In this document: in pieces, positions 1 to 12,924 of the stretch
How positions within the stretch are numbered: the first letter of the stretch is position 1
How the letters are laid out: every line of letters starts with the position of its first letter
Assembly (NCBI RefSeq): GCF_963921235.1
Contig: NC_086108.1
Location: 25,730,001 to 25,794,000 of the forward strand
Direction: 5' to 3'
Length of the DNA: 64,000 bases
Origin: Mobula hypostoma
Taxonomy: Eukaryota
Notes under the pieces: generated by a model
What the model saw: the letters and a program-made list of their open reading frames with translations, nothing else
Told to the model about the DNA's origin: nothing
Databases searched by the model: none
Translations under genes and position numbers: made by a program

Positions 1-343
1 GTTTTGCTACTGTAGCTACTAACACATTCACTCAATTTGTCTATTGTGACCTCAATTACTGCAAGTAGGTTCTGCCTCTTCTCTTCTGTTACCCTTCAGG
101 TTTCATTGCCTTTCCTAATTCATCCTTCCAAACTTCATTACTTAATGCATTATATAGCTGCTGATCTTAAAGCCTAATTATGTTCTTCATACACAATTCT
201 CATTGCATGCTTCCACATCCTTGGTTTGGTCTCATCAGCAAATTTCACAATGATCCACTCAAGGCTTTATTTAATATAATCCTCTGCTTAGAAGAACAAA
301 AGCAACAAAGGTATTGCCTCCAATCTCTCCTTTAATTCCATTC

Positions 344-440
344 CACACACATAAAGGTTGCTGGTGAACGCAGCAGGCCAGGCAGCATCTCTAGGAAGAG
401 GTACAGTCGATGTTTCGGGCTGAGGTCCTTCGTCAGGACC
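344..440 (-). mobile_element. Penelope-like element pLTR fragment containing a hammerhead motif
   Basis: Matches the PLE end at 13861 and 26479; 13-bp TSD TTTAATTCCATTC at 331-343 and 449-461. Confidence 0.85.
404..439 (-). ncRNA. Minimal type I hammerhead ribozyme motif (variant)
   Basis: Minus strand GUC-CUGACGA-AGGACCUCAGCCC-GAAA-CAUC-GACUG; core boxes present, ACGU palindrome lost. Confidence 0.6.
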
Positions 441-606
441 CAATTCCATTTAATTCCATTCATCTGATTTGCTCTTTCATTATTGTTGGGTTTACATCCC
501 AGAACTCACTACTTAATAACATCATGGAAGAACCTTCACCGTTTCAGGAAGATAAATCACCACCAGCTTATCTAGGGCAGCAAGGAATAGGCAATCAAGA
601 TTCTTG

Positions 607-1135
607 ACCCTGGAATCTAGAAAAGTGAGAAGTGGCTTAATTGAAATGTGTGAGATTGTCAGTCTGGATATGGAGAAGATGTTTCCTCTTTCTCACTTAG
701 AGGATGATCTGTGGAATTCTTCCTCAAAGATGTCTTTGAATATGTTAAAGGCAGAGCTAGCCATATTCTTGGAAAGCCAGGGATTGACAGATTATGGAGG
801 ATAATCAGGAATGCACTACTGCTACGTCGATTCAGGCCTAGGGGGCCTGCGTCGGGCACAATGACGGACTCTGCACTTCTCCCTCTCCCTCATCAGTGTG
901 TTCAGTTCATCTACATTAGCCACACCGCTGTCTTCTAGGAGCGTGTTGACCATAGTCTTGGGAGGGCGCCCAGGGTTCATGCTCCCGTGCTTGGGCTCCC
1001 ATATGATGACTAGGCTGGCAGGTAGCTCGGGAATGCAGAGTTGAGGTAATAATCAGAGAAGCCATGGTCTTATTAGTCAATAGAACACATTGGAGTAGCT
1101 GAGTGACCTACTCCTGCTTCTAATTCATTGGGCCA
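607..1135 (+). mobile_element. Old CR1 LINE 3' fragment, interrupted by an RTE insertion at 816-1029
   Basis: Degenerate LESRKVRSGLIEM...LWNS peptide and CR1-type 3' UTR resuming after 1037. Confidence 0.7.
816..1029 (-). mobile_element. RTE-clade LINE 3' end (5'-truncated)
   Basis: Minus frame reads PELPASLVIIWEPKHGSMNPGRPPKTMVNTLLEDSG...* (RTE-type C-terminus); TAG-like tail; 8-bp TSD GGAATGCA at 808-815 and 1030-1037. Confidence 0.8.
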
Positions 1136-1301
1136 CATAAAAATCTGGCAATAACTGTGCTGGCGTTGGTAGCAATGCCTCTGGCTCCTTGGTAAAATGG
1201 CAATAAAAGACGTCATGTGAGGTTTGCCTCTTGGTGCACCTAATTCATTCTAATACAGATGATGGTGGCACAAGAAATAGAACCACTTCTTCCTACATAA
1301 T

Positions 1302-1628
1302 TCAGTAGTTCAATAATTCCACTTAATATCAGAAAATGTATACAACGTACAACCCGAAATTCTTACTCTCTGCGGAAATAATCGAAATAGATGAAAAACC
1401 TAAAGAATGAATGACAGAAAAGAAAGAACCCCAAAGCCCCCCGCCGCCTCCCACGGACAAGCAGCAGCAAGCAGCATCAACCCTCCCTTCCTCCCCCTCC
1501 TCTCCCCCCACTTAATCTAGCATAAGGCATCAGCATTCCCACCACCTATCATGCCAGCAACAGCAAAACCCCCAAAGAGAGACCATGGTCTACAGTCTAT
1601 CAAAAACTATCTGTTCACTCCAACATTT
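1302..1628 (-). mobile_element. 3' part of a non-autonomous retroposon, same family as 52780-53620
   Basis: Reverse-complement similarity to 53310-53620 including the GAACTATT-type tail. Confidence 0.6.
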
Positions 1629-1870
1629 CCATAAGACCATAAGATATTGGAGCAGAATTAAGCCATTTGGCCTATCAAGTCTGCACTGCCATTTCATCAT
1701 GGCTGATCTAATGTTTCTCTCAGCCCCATTCTCCTACCTTTTCTGATCAACCAAGAATATATTAATCTCTACTTTAAATATACATAAAGATTTGGCCTCC
1801 ATAGCTGCCTGTAGCAATGAATTTCACAGATTCATCACTCTCTGGCTAAAGAAATTCCTCCTCATCTCCG

Positions 1871-2761
1871 TTGTTTACAATATATATTAATGACTTGGAT
1901 GAGGGAATTAAATGCAGCATCTCCAAGTTTGCGGATGACACAAAGCTGGGTGGCAGTGTTAGCAGTGAGGAGGATGCTAAGAGGATGCAGGGTGACTTGG
2001 ATAGGTTGGGTGAGTGGGCAAACTCATGGCAGATGCAATTTAATGTGGATAAATGTGAAGTTATCCACTTTGGTGGCAAAAATAGGAAAACAGATTATTA
2101 TCTGAATGGTGGCCGATTAGGAAAAGGGGAGGTGCAACGAGACCTGGGTGTCATTATACACCAGTCATTGAAAGTGGGCATGCAGGTACAGCAGGCGGTG
2201 AAAAAGGCGAACGGTATGCTGGCATTTATAGCGAGAGGATTCGAGTACAGGAGCAGGGAGGTACTACTGCAGTTGTACAAGGCCTTGGTGAGACCACACC
2301 TGGAGTATTGTGTGCAGTTTTGGTCCCCTAATCTGAGGAAAGACATCCTTGCCATAGAGGGAGTACAAAGAAGGTTCACCAGATTGATTCCTGGGATGGC
2401 AGGTCTTTCATATGAAGAAAGACTGGATGAACTGGGCTTGTACTCGTTGGAATTTAGAAGATTGAGGGGGGATCTGATTGAAACGTATAAGATCCTAAAG
2501 GGATTGGACAGGCTAGATGCGGGAAGATTGTTCCCGATGTTGGGGAGGTCTAGAACGAGGGGTCACAGTTTGAGGATAGAGGGGAAGCCTTTTAGGACCG
2601 AGGTTAGGAAAAACTTCTTCACACAGAGAGTGGTGAATCTGTGGAATTCTCTGCCACAGCAAACTGTTGAGGCCAGTTCATTAGCTATGTTTAAAAGGAA
2701 GTTAGATATGGCCCTTGTGGCTACAGGGGTCAGGGGGTATGGAGGGAAGGCTGGGTTCTGA
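1871..2761 (+). pseudogene. CR1 ORF2 C-terminal part (RT FADD motif to stop), open but 5'-truncated
   Basis: 296-aa ORF: YINDL, KFADDTKL, WQMQFNVDKC, LVRPHLEYCVQFW, RRLRGDLIE, FFTQRVVNLWNSLP. Confidence 0.9.
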
Positions 2762-2862
2762 GTTGGATGATCAGCCATGATCATAATAAATGGCGGTGCA
2801 GGCTCGAAGGGCCGAATGGCCTACTCCTGCACCTATTTTCTATGTTTCTATGTTTCTATGTT
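1871..2862 (+). mobile_element. Young 5'-truncated CR1 LINE with (TTTCTATG)n tail
   Basis: Uninterrupted RT/C-terminal frame; 8-bp tandem tail at 2837-2862; splits the older CR1. Confidence 0.95.
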
Positions 2863-4774
2863 ATAAAAGGATGCCCTTCTATTCTGAGGCAGTGTCCTCT
2901 GATCTTAGACTCTCCCACCATAGGTAGCATCCTCTCCTCATCCACTCCATCAAGGCCTTTCACCATTCAAGAGGTTTCAATGAAGTCACTACTCATTCTT
3001 CTGAATTCTAGTGAATACAGGCCCAGAACCATCAAATACAAGCCATTCAATCCTGGAATCATTCTCATGTATCTCCTTTGAACTCTGTCCAGTATCAGCA
3101 TATCCTTTCTAAATAAGGGGCCCAAAACTGCTTCTCAATATTCCAAAACTGCCTCACCAGTGCATTATAAAGTTTTAGCATTACATCCTTGCTTTTATAT
3201 TCTAGTTCTCTTGAAATGAATGCCAACATTGCATTTACTTTCCTCACCACAGACTCAACCTGCAAATTAACCTTCAGGGAATCTTGCACAAGGACTAACA
3301 AACCCCTTTGCTCCTCAGTTTTTTGTATTTTCTCTCCATTTAGGAAATAATCAGCTCTTTCATTTCTTCTACCAAAATGCATGACCATACACTTTCCAAC
3401 ACTGTATTCCATCTGCCACTTCTTTGTCCATTCTTCTAATCTGTCTAAGTCTTTCTGTAGCCTCTCTACTTCTGCAAAACTCCCTGCCCCTCTACCTATC
3501 TTCATCTCATCTGCAAACTTTACAACAAAGCCATCAATTCCATCATCCAAATTATTGACATGTAACGTAAAGAGAATCAGTCCCAACACAGACTCCTGTG
3601 GAACACCACTAGTTACTGGCAGCCAGCCAGAAAAGGCTTCCTTTATTTCCACTCTTTGCTTCCTGCCAATCAGCCACTGTTCTAATGCTAGAATTTTTCT
3701 TTTAATGTCATGGGCTCGTAGTTTGTTAGGCAGCCTTACGTGTGGCACCTTGTCAAAGGTGTTCTGAAAATCCAAGCACACAAATTCAACCAAATCTCCT
3801 TTGTCAAACCTGTTTGTTACTTCTTCAAAGAATTCCAACAGATTTTTCAGGCAAGATTATCTTGAGGAAACCATGCTGACTATGGCCTATTTTATCATGT
3901 GCCTTGAAATACCCTGAGACCTCATCCTTAATAATCAACTCCAACATCTTCCCAATCACTGAGGTCAGACTAACTGGCCTATAGTTTGCTTTCTTGGAAG
4001 CACAAAGCTAATGGTTGGAGGATACACAGTTTATGTACCTAGTTATGCATAAAGCTTACCTGACAAGATTAATTTCTGTCAAGGAGACGTAGTGCGATGT
4101 GATGAGATATACTCCTATGGTTTGCTGGAGACTTTTGCCAAGTTACTAACTTCACTCTTACATATTTTCATCCGTAATTGTCTCTCAATTTGTGAACTGA
4201 TTGACAGGTGTAATAAGTGTCATGTATTGTAGATTTTAGACCTAGAGACTTGTAGCAGCTCAGCTGGTTATTTGCCCTGGGAAAGCAAGCCAATATCTCC
4301 AGATAGCGTAAAAAATGACTCCCTGATGTGGAGGCCATCGGTTTATGTATTTGATATTACAATTTGTGAAGGAGAATGGTCATGGCATGCAAATGTAATA
4401 AAGCATTACCATCTCAATAAATATTTCCTTGCACAATCTCTGAAGTTGTTTCTGCTCATTTATGTGATGTATAACTGTGGAATCCACTATTAAAAACAAA
4501 TCTTGAACTCAGGGAGATTAAGGAGTGCAGAACTTTTCCCATGAAGGTGCTATAACAAATAAGCATGAGGTACAAGAGGTGAATAAATCTCGTAAGGCTG
4601 AATCACAAAGTGAGCAATAGTGGAGTGAAGATGGTGAGGATGCATGGGAAGTCAAAATGGGTAGACAACTCCTGTAGCACATTACATACAGACATAACGA
4701 GGGGACTTCAAAGTCAATGCCAAGGTTGTTGTTACGTGCAGGGTCAATGAAAACATTAGCTTCCAGCAGCAGCA

Positions 4775-5012
4775 GAGGCACACAATATCAGATAAGCAGT
4801 ATTCACAAGGAAAAATATCTAAACATAAATTGTGCATAATATTTACAAGACAGAACATACTTAGAACAAAAATATAATCAATTGCAGGGCAAAGTGATCA
4901 AAGTGGTCATAGTGTTGCTACACTGATGTAATGATGTGGTTTGTGCAGGTTGATTCAAGAACCGAATGGTTGAATGAAAGTAGTTGTTCTTGAACATAGT
5001 GGCTATGGGACT
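4775..5012 (-). mobile_element. Old Rex1/Babar-type LINE 3' fragment
   Basis: Minus strand has the RFKNNYF..TIRFLN-like terminal motif followed by 3' UTR. Confidence 0.5.
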
Positions 5013-6299
5013 CCCGCAAGCATGGATCGCAAGAACTCATAGAGGATCAGAAGCCATGTGCACCAGCAGGCATAGGAAGCATTATGGGAGGACCACCTTT
5101 TTAAATGCAGGTTCGCACACAACATGTGTAGTGTTGGTTGGGCTGAATCCTGAGGGGCTGGTGGATGAGAGCCCAGCAGGGGCAGCATTAGACTCAGCCA
5201 TGGATTTATTAAATGCTGGAGCAAGATTGAGGGGCTTGTACACCCAGTTCAAATACTGGCATTTCTCAGTTTCTGTAAAGGTTCTGTTCCTGAGAAGAGT
5301 CTAGAGCCAATTTCTCTGTAAATCAGAAACATCCATTGCCTGCAACTACCCAGACCTGGTTACTCTACATGCACTTGCTATAATTCTTTGACTTCATTGA
5401 ATAATTACCCTAACTCTGCCCATATTTAAACTAATGGAATATGTACTATATCCAGTAAATTAATGAAACAAATGAAACATTTTTATTATTACTAGTTTGA
5501 ACAACTTTTTTAAAATGTGTAGGAGAATTTGAGTAATGTCATATTTTTGTAAATCAGGTCATTTGTAACCCATGGAGCTCCCACACTTGCATCAAAAAAG
5601 ATGACAGTGCCTCATGATTGAAGCTTTCCTATAGTCATCTGTTTCATGTGCCTGCTGGATATCTACTTGTTCTGCTTTGTTGTACAGAACCAACACAAAC
5701 TATTTTCTGAGTAGCATTCAATGACAGAGTAAACAGACCCTAACAAAAGGCAAAACGAAAACGTATCTTTCTTACAGCATGTTCCCATTGACACTCTATA
5801 TTAAGATAATTAATATCTTCCAAAGACATGACCTAATGATGATGACTATCTTCCATAATGTCATATTATTTTGTTTAAAGCATTTCTACCTACAAGTTTG
5901 TCTTAAAGTCTCCTGTTCATTAGCCATTAATTGGACAAATTCATTGTACTTTCTTGCTCAATCCAAAGGAATTCAATTTAAAAAGCTTCTAAATGAAGAA
6001 TTGTTGGAACTAACTAAGCTTAAATCTATGTATCTTCTTGAAATGAGAAAAGAGCTTAGAAGTATATTATGACAATAGCTGAACGGTTACAGTATATAAT
6101 GCATTTTCCTTTAGGAAGTACTTTGTCAGGCTGTCAAGCAATTAAAACAATTAATTAATCAATCACAGTTTCAAGTGCAATTAGCAACAATTGAAATCAA
6201 TAAATTAAATAATTTTAAATAACTGAGTCCAGTTAAATAATTTTGAATATTTTTTTTGTAGAATTTTAATAACAATTGGTTTACTAGGTATTTTACTAG

Positions 6300-7272
6300 G
6301 ACACAAGTGTGCATGCGCCAGTCGTGCATGCAGCCTGTTACAGCGTTCCTAGTTTTCTTACTCTTTTCTTCTTACTTTTTTAACTTACGTTATTTGTTGT
6401 ATTTTTTTTTCACGGTAAAACGTTGAAGCTGCACCCTCGCTATCATGCTGGTGGAGAGAGTTTTATTTGGGTTTTTAGCGCTGGAAATAGTTACATTCGG
6501 ACATGTCTCATTAGCGGGACAGCAGTATGGTTACATTGTTTATTCCAGGGACCAGCTGATTGCGCTTATACAGGCCAGTTTAGCGAACAGAGTGGCAGAC
6601 ACCCCTGCTGAAATCTGGAGGAAAACACACAGAGGATGCAGAGGGGGATCACAAAGTCGAGGAAAGAGGACCGGGTCGAGACAACAGAGACTTATGGAGA
6701 AGAGGAGTTCAGTGGGTAATAAAATGGACGAGTTGACGACGCTAGCCAGGAGTCAGAGAACATTTCGGGAGTGCAGTGTAATGTGTTTTACTGAAACGGG
6801 GCTGCACGAGGACATACCCGACCAAAACTTTTCCATGGAGGCCTTCTAGACCATTCGGGCTGACCGGACGTGCACTGAGAGTGGTAAGCATAAAGGAGTT
6901 GGGGGCTTGCTGCTCTGGTTAACAATGGATGGTGCAATCCTCGTCATATTACGATCGAGGAACGTGTTTGTAGACCGGATATTGAACTTTTTGCCGGCAA
7001 TATTCCACCGAGATACAACACTGGGCATCATGGGAGGTTGTTCCTGCCTGTGGCCATCGAACTTTGCAACTCCTCCCATGGAGGGTCAGACACCCTGAGC
7101 CAATAGGCTGGTCCTGGACTTACTTCCATTTGGCATAGTTTGCATAGTGTTGTTTGATTATTTGTGGTTTTTGTATTGCTATATTTATGCTCTATTCTTG
7201 GTTGGCGCAGCTGTAATGAAACCCAATTTCCCTCGGGATCAATAAAGTATATCTATCTATCTATCTATCTAT
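6300..7272 (+). mobile_element. Rex1/Babar LINE: 5' end and endonuclease start joined directly to a 3' end with (ATCT)n tail
   Basis: ORF 6445-6849 NKMDEL...CSVMCFTET (APE start); abrupt switch near 6995 to a FLPVAIEL.N-type C-terminus; AATAAA then (ATCT)n. Confidence 0.8.
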
Positions 7273-7534
7273 TTGTTTCACCACTTGTCAGGATTTTCTT
7301 CCATTGACGTGTGGTTACTGATTGTCCTCGGCCTCTTCATTCCTTCCAAAATGTCAGTAACCTTATCACAAAAGTACAGGATGGTTTTAAAAAAGCTCAT
7401 CTTTCTGGAGAATCCACACAAGGTGAGTACAGCTAAGGCAGAGGTCAGCAATAGGTGTGGGTGGCTAGACTGAAATTTCAGCCCAATACTTTTTTTTATA
7501 AAAAGTATTATCATTTAATGAAACTGAGGAAGAT

Positions 7535-7855
7535 GACCCTGTAGAGGTATATCGAATCATGAGGTGCACAGGTATGGTGAGTACACACAGTCCTTACCCT
7601 AGGGAAAAGGAATCAAAACCCAGGGAATATAGGTTTAAGGTGAGAAATAAAATATTTAAAAGGGACCTGAGTGATAATTTCTCAATATGGTGGGTGGTGC
7701 ATGTCACCAGAAGGAGGTAATGAGGATAGAAAAGATCGAGAGGGACATGGGCCAGATGTGGGCAAATAGGATTGGCTTAGAGAGGCATGTTTGATTGACA
7801 GGGAAAAGTTGAACCAGAAGGCCTGTTTTCATGCGGTATGGGCTATGACTCTAAT
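7535..7855 (+). mobile_element. Old CR1 3' fragment
   Basis: Degenerate IEVY.IMR, RFKVR motifs and CR1/HE1-type tail. Confidence 0.6.
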
Positions 7856-8760
7856 GCATTACTGCCTTTAACTGTGATCAATTGGCAAACAGGTACTTGA
7901 TTTTAATTTTTTTAAATTAGTGCTGCAAACGTATCTCTTGTCTTCGTTTGTACATAAAACCTTCTGGGAAATATTATATCTTTGACGTATTTAATTGTGA
8001 TCTTGACTCAGCTGCTGCCACAATATGGTTGCTATATTACACACTAATTTTCTGTTTCAATTTATGATTCCTTTATCTGATTTCCTGTCTTACTCACTGT
8101 GTATTGAAATACATAGATTTTAGTTTAATATATCTTAGTTCAGACAATTCCTTATTTAATATATTTTCACGCCTAGATTTGTTTTTATCATCTTGTCCTC
8201 ATTAGTTATTTTCAACATTTCTACCTCATTTTGCAGAGCTTACTTTTACCCTTCAAGCTTCCTCCTCCATAATTTACTCTTTGCCAAACATCTTTGATTA
8301 ATCTGTCCCTAATGATTTTGTTCACAACTCTTTTCAGATGTATTTGGTCACAGTATTATCCTGATACAGATTTGGTTATGATGTCTCAGGATGCATTAAG
8401 CCAATGAAGGAAACAGGAAGTGAACAAATCTTAGCTCTATCCTCAGCCGTAAGGCCCAGGATATGTGCTTGGAGGTTGCAGAGCACTTGTCTCGGGAGCT
8501 ACCTTGCACACAGAGCTGACTTGCTTCTCATATTCTCCTCAACAGGAAAAGGTAAACTGTACATCATGATTCCTGCATTTGTTTTGGTCCGAACCAGTCA
8601 AATCTCAAAAAGCTTGAACCTCTGCATCTTACACCTAGGCAGAATTTCTGTAGCCATATGGTGTTCTGCACAGAGCTGTACATCACAGAGGCAGCTCTTT
8701 GGCCTATCTAGCCCTTGGCAACTATGGGACTTGCTTTCATAAAAATGATGATCTCCTGCT

Positions 8761-8935
8761 CACTTACTTACTGACCATTAAGTTAATGGCATTTAGGGCA
8801 GCAATGAATGTCCTCCATCTCTGATGGTGTTCAGGACTTCTTTCATCAAGTCAGTAGCTTCCTCTCGGTTTTCACTACTATCAGTCATGTAAGTCCCAGG
8901 TGGAGATTCAGGAATGCCGTTACACTCAGATGTAC
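8761..8935 (-). mobile_element. Retroposon 3' fragment with RTE-like end and (TAAG)n tail
   Basis: Minus strand ends ...GCTGCCCTAAATGCC...CAGTAAGTAAGT. Confidence 0.45.
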
Positions 8936-8945
8936 CAGCAATATT

Positions 8946-10222
8946 CCATAAGATTATAACACATAGGAGCAGAATTTGGCCATTTGGCCCATCAATTCTG
9001 AACCCACTCCCCACTCCCCACTCCCCAGCCTACTCCCTGTAACCTTTGATGCTGTGGCCAATTAAGAACCTATCAATCTCTGCCCTAAATACACCAAAGA
9101 CCTGGCCTCCACAGCTGCCTGTGGTATTAAATTCCACACATTCATCACCTTCTGACTAAAGAAATTTCTCTGCTTCTCTGTTTTAAATGGATGCTCCTCT
9201 ATCCTGAATCTGTGTCATCTTGTCCTAGACTCCCCCACCATGGGGAACATCCTTTCCACATCTACTCTGTCTAGGCCTTTCAACGAGATCCTCCTTCATC
9301 CTTCTAAATTCCAGCGAGTACAGACCTACAGCCATCAAACATTTCTCATATGACAACCCTTTCATTCCCAGAATCATCCTTCTGAAAATCCTCTGAACCT
9401 TCTCCAATGCCAGCACAACTTTACTGAGATGAGGAGCCTAAAACAGTTCACAATACTCAAGGTGAGGCCTCACCAGTGCCTTATAAAGCCTCAGCATCAC
9501 ATCCTTGCTCTTGTATTCTAGACCTGTTGAAATGCATGCTAACATTACATTTGTCTTCCTCACCACCAACTCAAACTGCAAGTTATTCTTTAGGGTATTC
9601 TGCACAAGGACTCCCAAGTCCCTCTGCATCTTAGGTTCTTGGATTTTCTCCCCATTTAGAAAATAGTCTGCACATTTATTTCTACTACCAAAGTGCATGA
9701 CTATGCATTTTCCAACATTGTACTTCATTTGCAACTTTCTTGTCCATTCTCTGAATCTGTCTAAGTCCTTCTGCAGCCTACCTGTTTCCCCAATACTACC
9801 TGCCCTTCCACCAATCTTCATATCATCTGCAAATGGTGTCAAAGCCATCTATTCCATCATCTAAATCATTTATATACATCTTAAAATGAAGTGGTCTCAA
9901 CATCGACCGCTGTGGAACACCATGAGTCACTGGCAGCCACTGAGAAAAGGATCCTTTTATTTCCACTCACTGCCTCTTACTGATCAGCCAATTTTCTAAC
10001 TCTGCCAGTAACTCCTGTAATACCACAGGCTCTTAACTTGGTAAGCAGCCTCATATGTGGCACCTTGCCAAAGACCTTCTGAAAGTCCAATTATACAAAA
10101 TCCATTCCATCCCCTTTATCTATCCTATCAGTAATCTTTGCAAAAAAAAATCCAACAGGTTCTTCAGGCAAGAATTTCCCTGAAGGAATCCATGCTGACT
10201 TTGTCCTATCTTGTCCTGTGTC
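8946..10222 (-). mobile_element. Degenerate CR1 LINE
   Basis: ORFs 9438-9848 (FADD...LVRPHLEYC) and 9225-9416; 3' tail near 8946. Confidence 0.92.
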
Positions 10223-10227
10223 TTATG

Positions 10228-10772
10228 TCAAAACTTTTCTTCTGGGCTAAAAGAGTAGAGGGGGAAATGCCAGTTCAAAGAGGTGAAAGGAAGCAGTGGG
10301 ACAATTGATTGGTTGATCCAGTTAGGTGGGGTTGGTTGGCAGATGATGTCAGGTAGTGGGGAGAAGGAGGGGGATCTTGAGATGATAAGTGAAGGGAACA
10401 AAGGACTGCAGATTATAGAATCTGACAGGAAATGAAGGTGATGGTGAGTTAGGGTAGGCAGATGTAAACAGCAAAGAGATGGAACTCAGTCCGTGAAGAT
10501 ACTAGGTGGAGGAGGGGAAACAATGATAGTGTCCTGAGGTGGGTGGTGAAAAAGAAAGGTGCGTGAGAGAATTGGGTGGAACAGGAGGAAAGGGAAAGTG
10601 ACGGAGGAGATGTAAGTTACCTGAAACTGAAAAATTGAAAGTTCGTGCCACCAAACTGCAGGCTAATCAGGTGGAATGAGGTACTATAATTCTAATTGCA
10701 TTGGGTCTCACGGATAGAGATCCTTGTGGTGATAGAGAAGAAAACTAAAATGGCATGCAACTGGGAGCTGGT
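10228..10772 (-). mobile_element. Old Penelope-like 3' region
   Basis: Purine-rich tract plus degenerate EN C-terminus near 10620-10700, similar to 26880-26960. Confidence 0.55.
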
Positions 10773-11501
10773 TAACTAGCATGGAACTGGGAAAACTGAC
10801 TGGAAGTCATGAATAGGCAAACTTCGTGATTCTTAAGAAAATTATTCTTTTGAAACCAATGAATGAGAAAGGCTAAACCCATTTTACAAAAAGCACAGAA
10901 ATATAAGTAGCTTAATACACATGAGAAAGCAATCAGTAAGGTATTTTCATGGACTGGAATTAAATGATAACCTTTGGGGCCTATTATTAAACTGAATTGA
11001 AGGTGGATGGTTAAGGTCATAAAAAGAGTCTAAGGAAACTGCCTTTTTACACCTCATGAAAAGACTGGAATGACTCTGATAATTAAAGGGTCAATGCACA
11101 AGAAGTGTGTGAAGCTGGAATTAGATTAAGAGGGATAATTCAACGCTAACAGAGAATGTATTTTCCAATCTTTATTGTGGCACAATTCAGATAATGCTTA
11201 AGGCAATCTCTCCTCCTCATAAAAAAATTAAAGAAGTAACTGAAATTAATGGAAAATATACCAAGAGAGTGGTTGGAGCCTGAAAAGCTTTGCCACAAGG
11301 TACAGGCAAGAGCTTGCATGCAGTTAAAGGGAAGTGAGCTAAGTATGAGGGAGGAGGGACTGGAGATACTAGCTGGTATGGTTAGATGAAGGAGAAGATT
11401 ACTGTGGGATGTGTGATAGCATAGACTAAAATGTACTGAATCAGTGCTGTACCTTAATTGTAAGGAAGTGCATAGATCTCAGGGCAATGTATCTGGAATG
11501 A

Positions 11502-12315
11502 TAAGACCATGAGACCATAAGATATAGAATCAGATGTCGTTCATTTGGTTGATCGAGTCTGCTCCGCCATTCAGTCATGGGCTGATCCAATTCTTCCAGT
11601 CATCCCCACTCCCCTGCCTTCTCCCCATACCCTTTGATGCCCTGGCTAATCAAGAACCTATCTATCTCTGCCTGCAATACACCCAATGACTTGGCCTCCA
11701 CAGCCACTCGTGGCGACAAATTCCACAGATTTGCCACCCTCTGACTAAAGTAATTTCTCTGCATCTCAATTCTAAAAGGACGTCCTTCAATCCTGAGGTC
11801 ATATCCTCTTGTTGTAGAATCCCCTACCATGGGAAATAACTTTGCCATATCTAATCTGTTCAGGCCTTTTAACATTCTGAATGTTTCTATGAGATCCCCC
11901 CTCATTCACCTGAACTCCAGGAAATACAGCCCAAGAGCTGCCAGACGTTCCTCATATGGTAACCCTTTCATTCCCGGAATCATTCTTGTGAATTGTCTCT
12001 GAATCCTCTCCAATGTCAGTATATCCTTTCTAAAATAAGGAGCCCAAAACTGCACACAATACTCCAAGGGTGGTCTCACGAGTGTTTTATAGAGCCTCAA
12101 CATCACATCTGTGCTCTTGTATTCTATACCTCTAGAAATAAATGCCAACATTGCATTCACCTTCTTCACAACCAACTCAACCTAGAGATTAACCTTTAAG
12201 GTATCTTGCATAAGGACTCCCAAGTCCCTTTGCATCTCTGTATTTTGAATTCTCTTCCATCTAAATAAGAGACTGCCCGTTTATTTCTTCCACCAAAGTG
12301 CATGATCATACTCTT
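11502..12315 (-). mobile_element. CR1 LINE 3' part
   Basis: ORFs 11600-11905 and 11906-12175 are CR1 ORF2 C-terminus; tandem tail at 11502-11525. Confidence 0.93.
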
Positions 12316-12924
12316 TCCAACAAAGCTGAAGAAGGGTTTGAAGGGCAGAATAAAGGTGTGGTTGGGATGTGGGTGAATGTGACAATCCTGGCCTGAGCAC
12401 CAAATCCAGATATGATACTTCACCTTCTGCAATGACTTCACTTCCATTAGTAGGGCACTTTTTTTTCCACCTCTGCAACCAACATCATCCAACCCTCCTA
12501 CTGCAGGGAGTTAAAATGTGAAAAAGGCCAAGCACTTAAATGGAACCATTTCTCCTCAAGGAAATAATTTTGAGGAAGAGGCTGTAGCAGCAAAACTAAC
12601 CCAAAATCAAAACAAAACAATTGCCACTAGCCTGTGACCACCACGGAGTTGTTAGACATGCATGATGCACCCTCAGCGCAATGAAGTGATTGTTCTGAGG
12701 AGTCGATTCCTTTATTTGATCCTTTATTAGCAAACATACAATCTTGAAGCGATAAACTTAAGCTAGACCTTATTCGGCGATATTAAAAACTACCTCTGCA
12801 AAGATATGACCTCTGTCAACCCCAAGGTACAAACTGCCACGAAATAAGCAAGAATACGTAACTTATTCCCTTCACTTTTACCACGCCTCCACTAATGTGA
12901 CTAATTACCATAATAAACACACAA

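Larger units (their letters stand above)
1629..3994 (-). mobile_element. Degenerate CR1 LINE (RT and 3' UTR), host of the insertion at 1871-2862
   Basis: ORF 3095-3838 with LDFQNTFDKVPH, SGVPQESVLG and KFADE; tail at 1629. Confidence 0.92.

Noticed and set aside
3381..3767. Antisense ORFs over CR1 RT (also 2098-2379 and 29363-29791)
   Set aside because: Shadow frames of LINE coding sequence.
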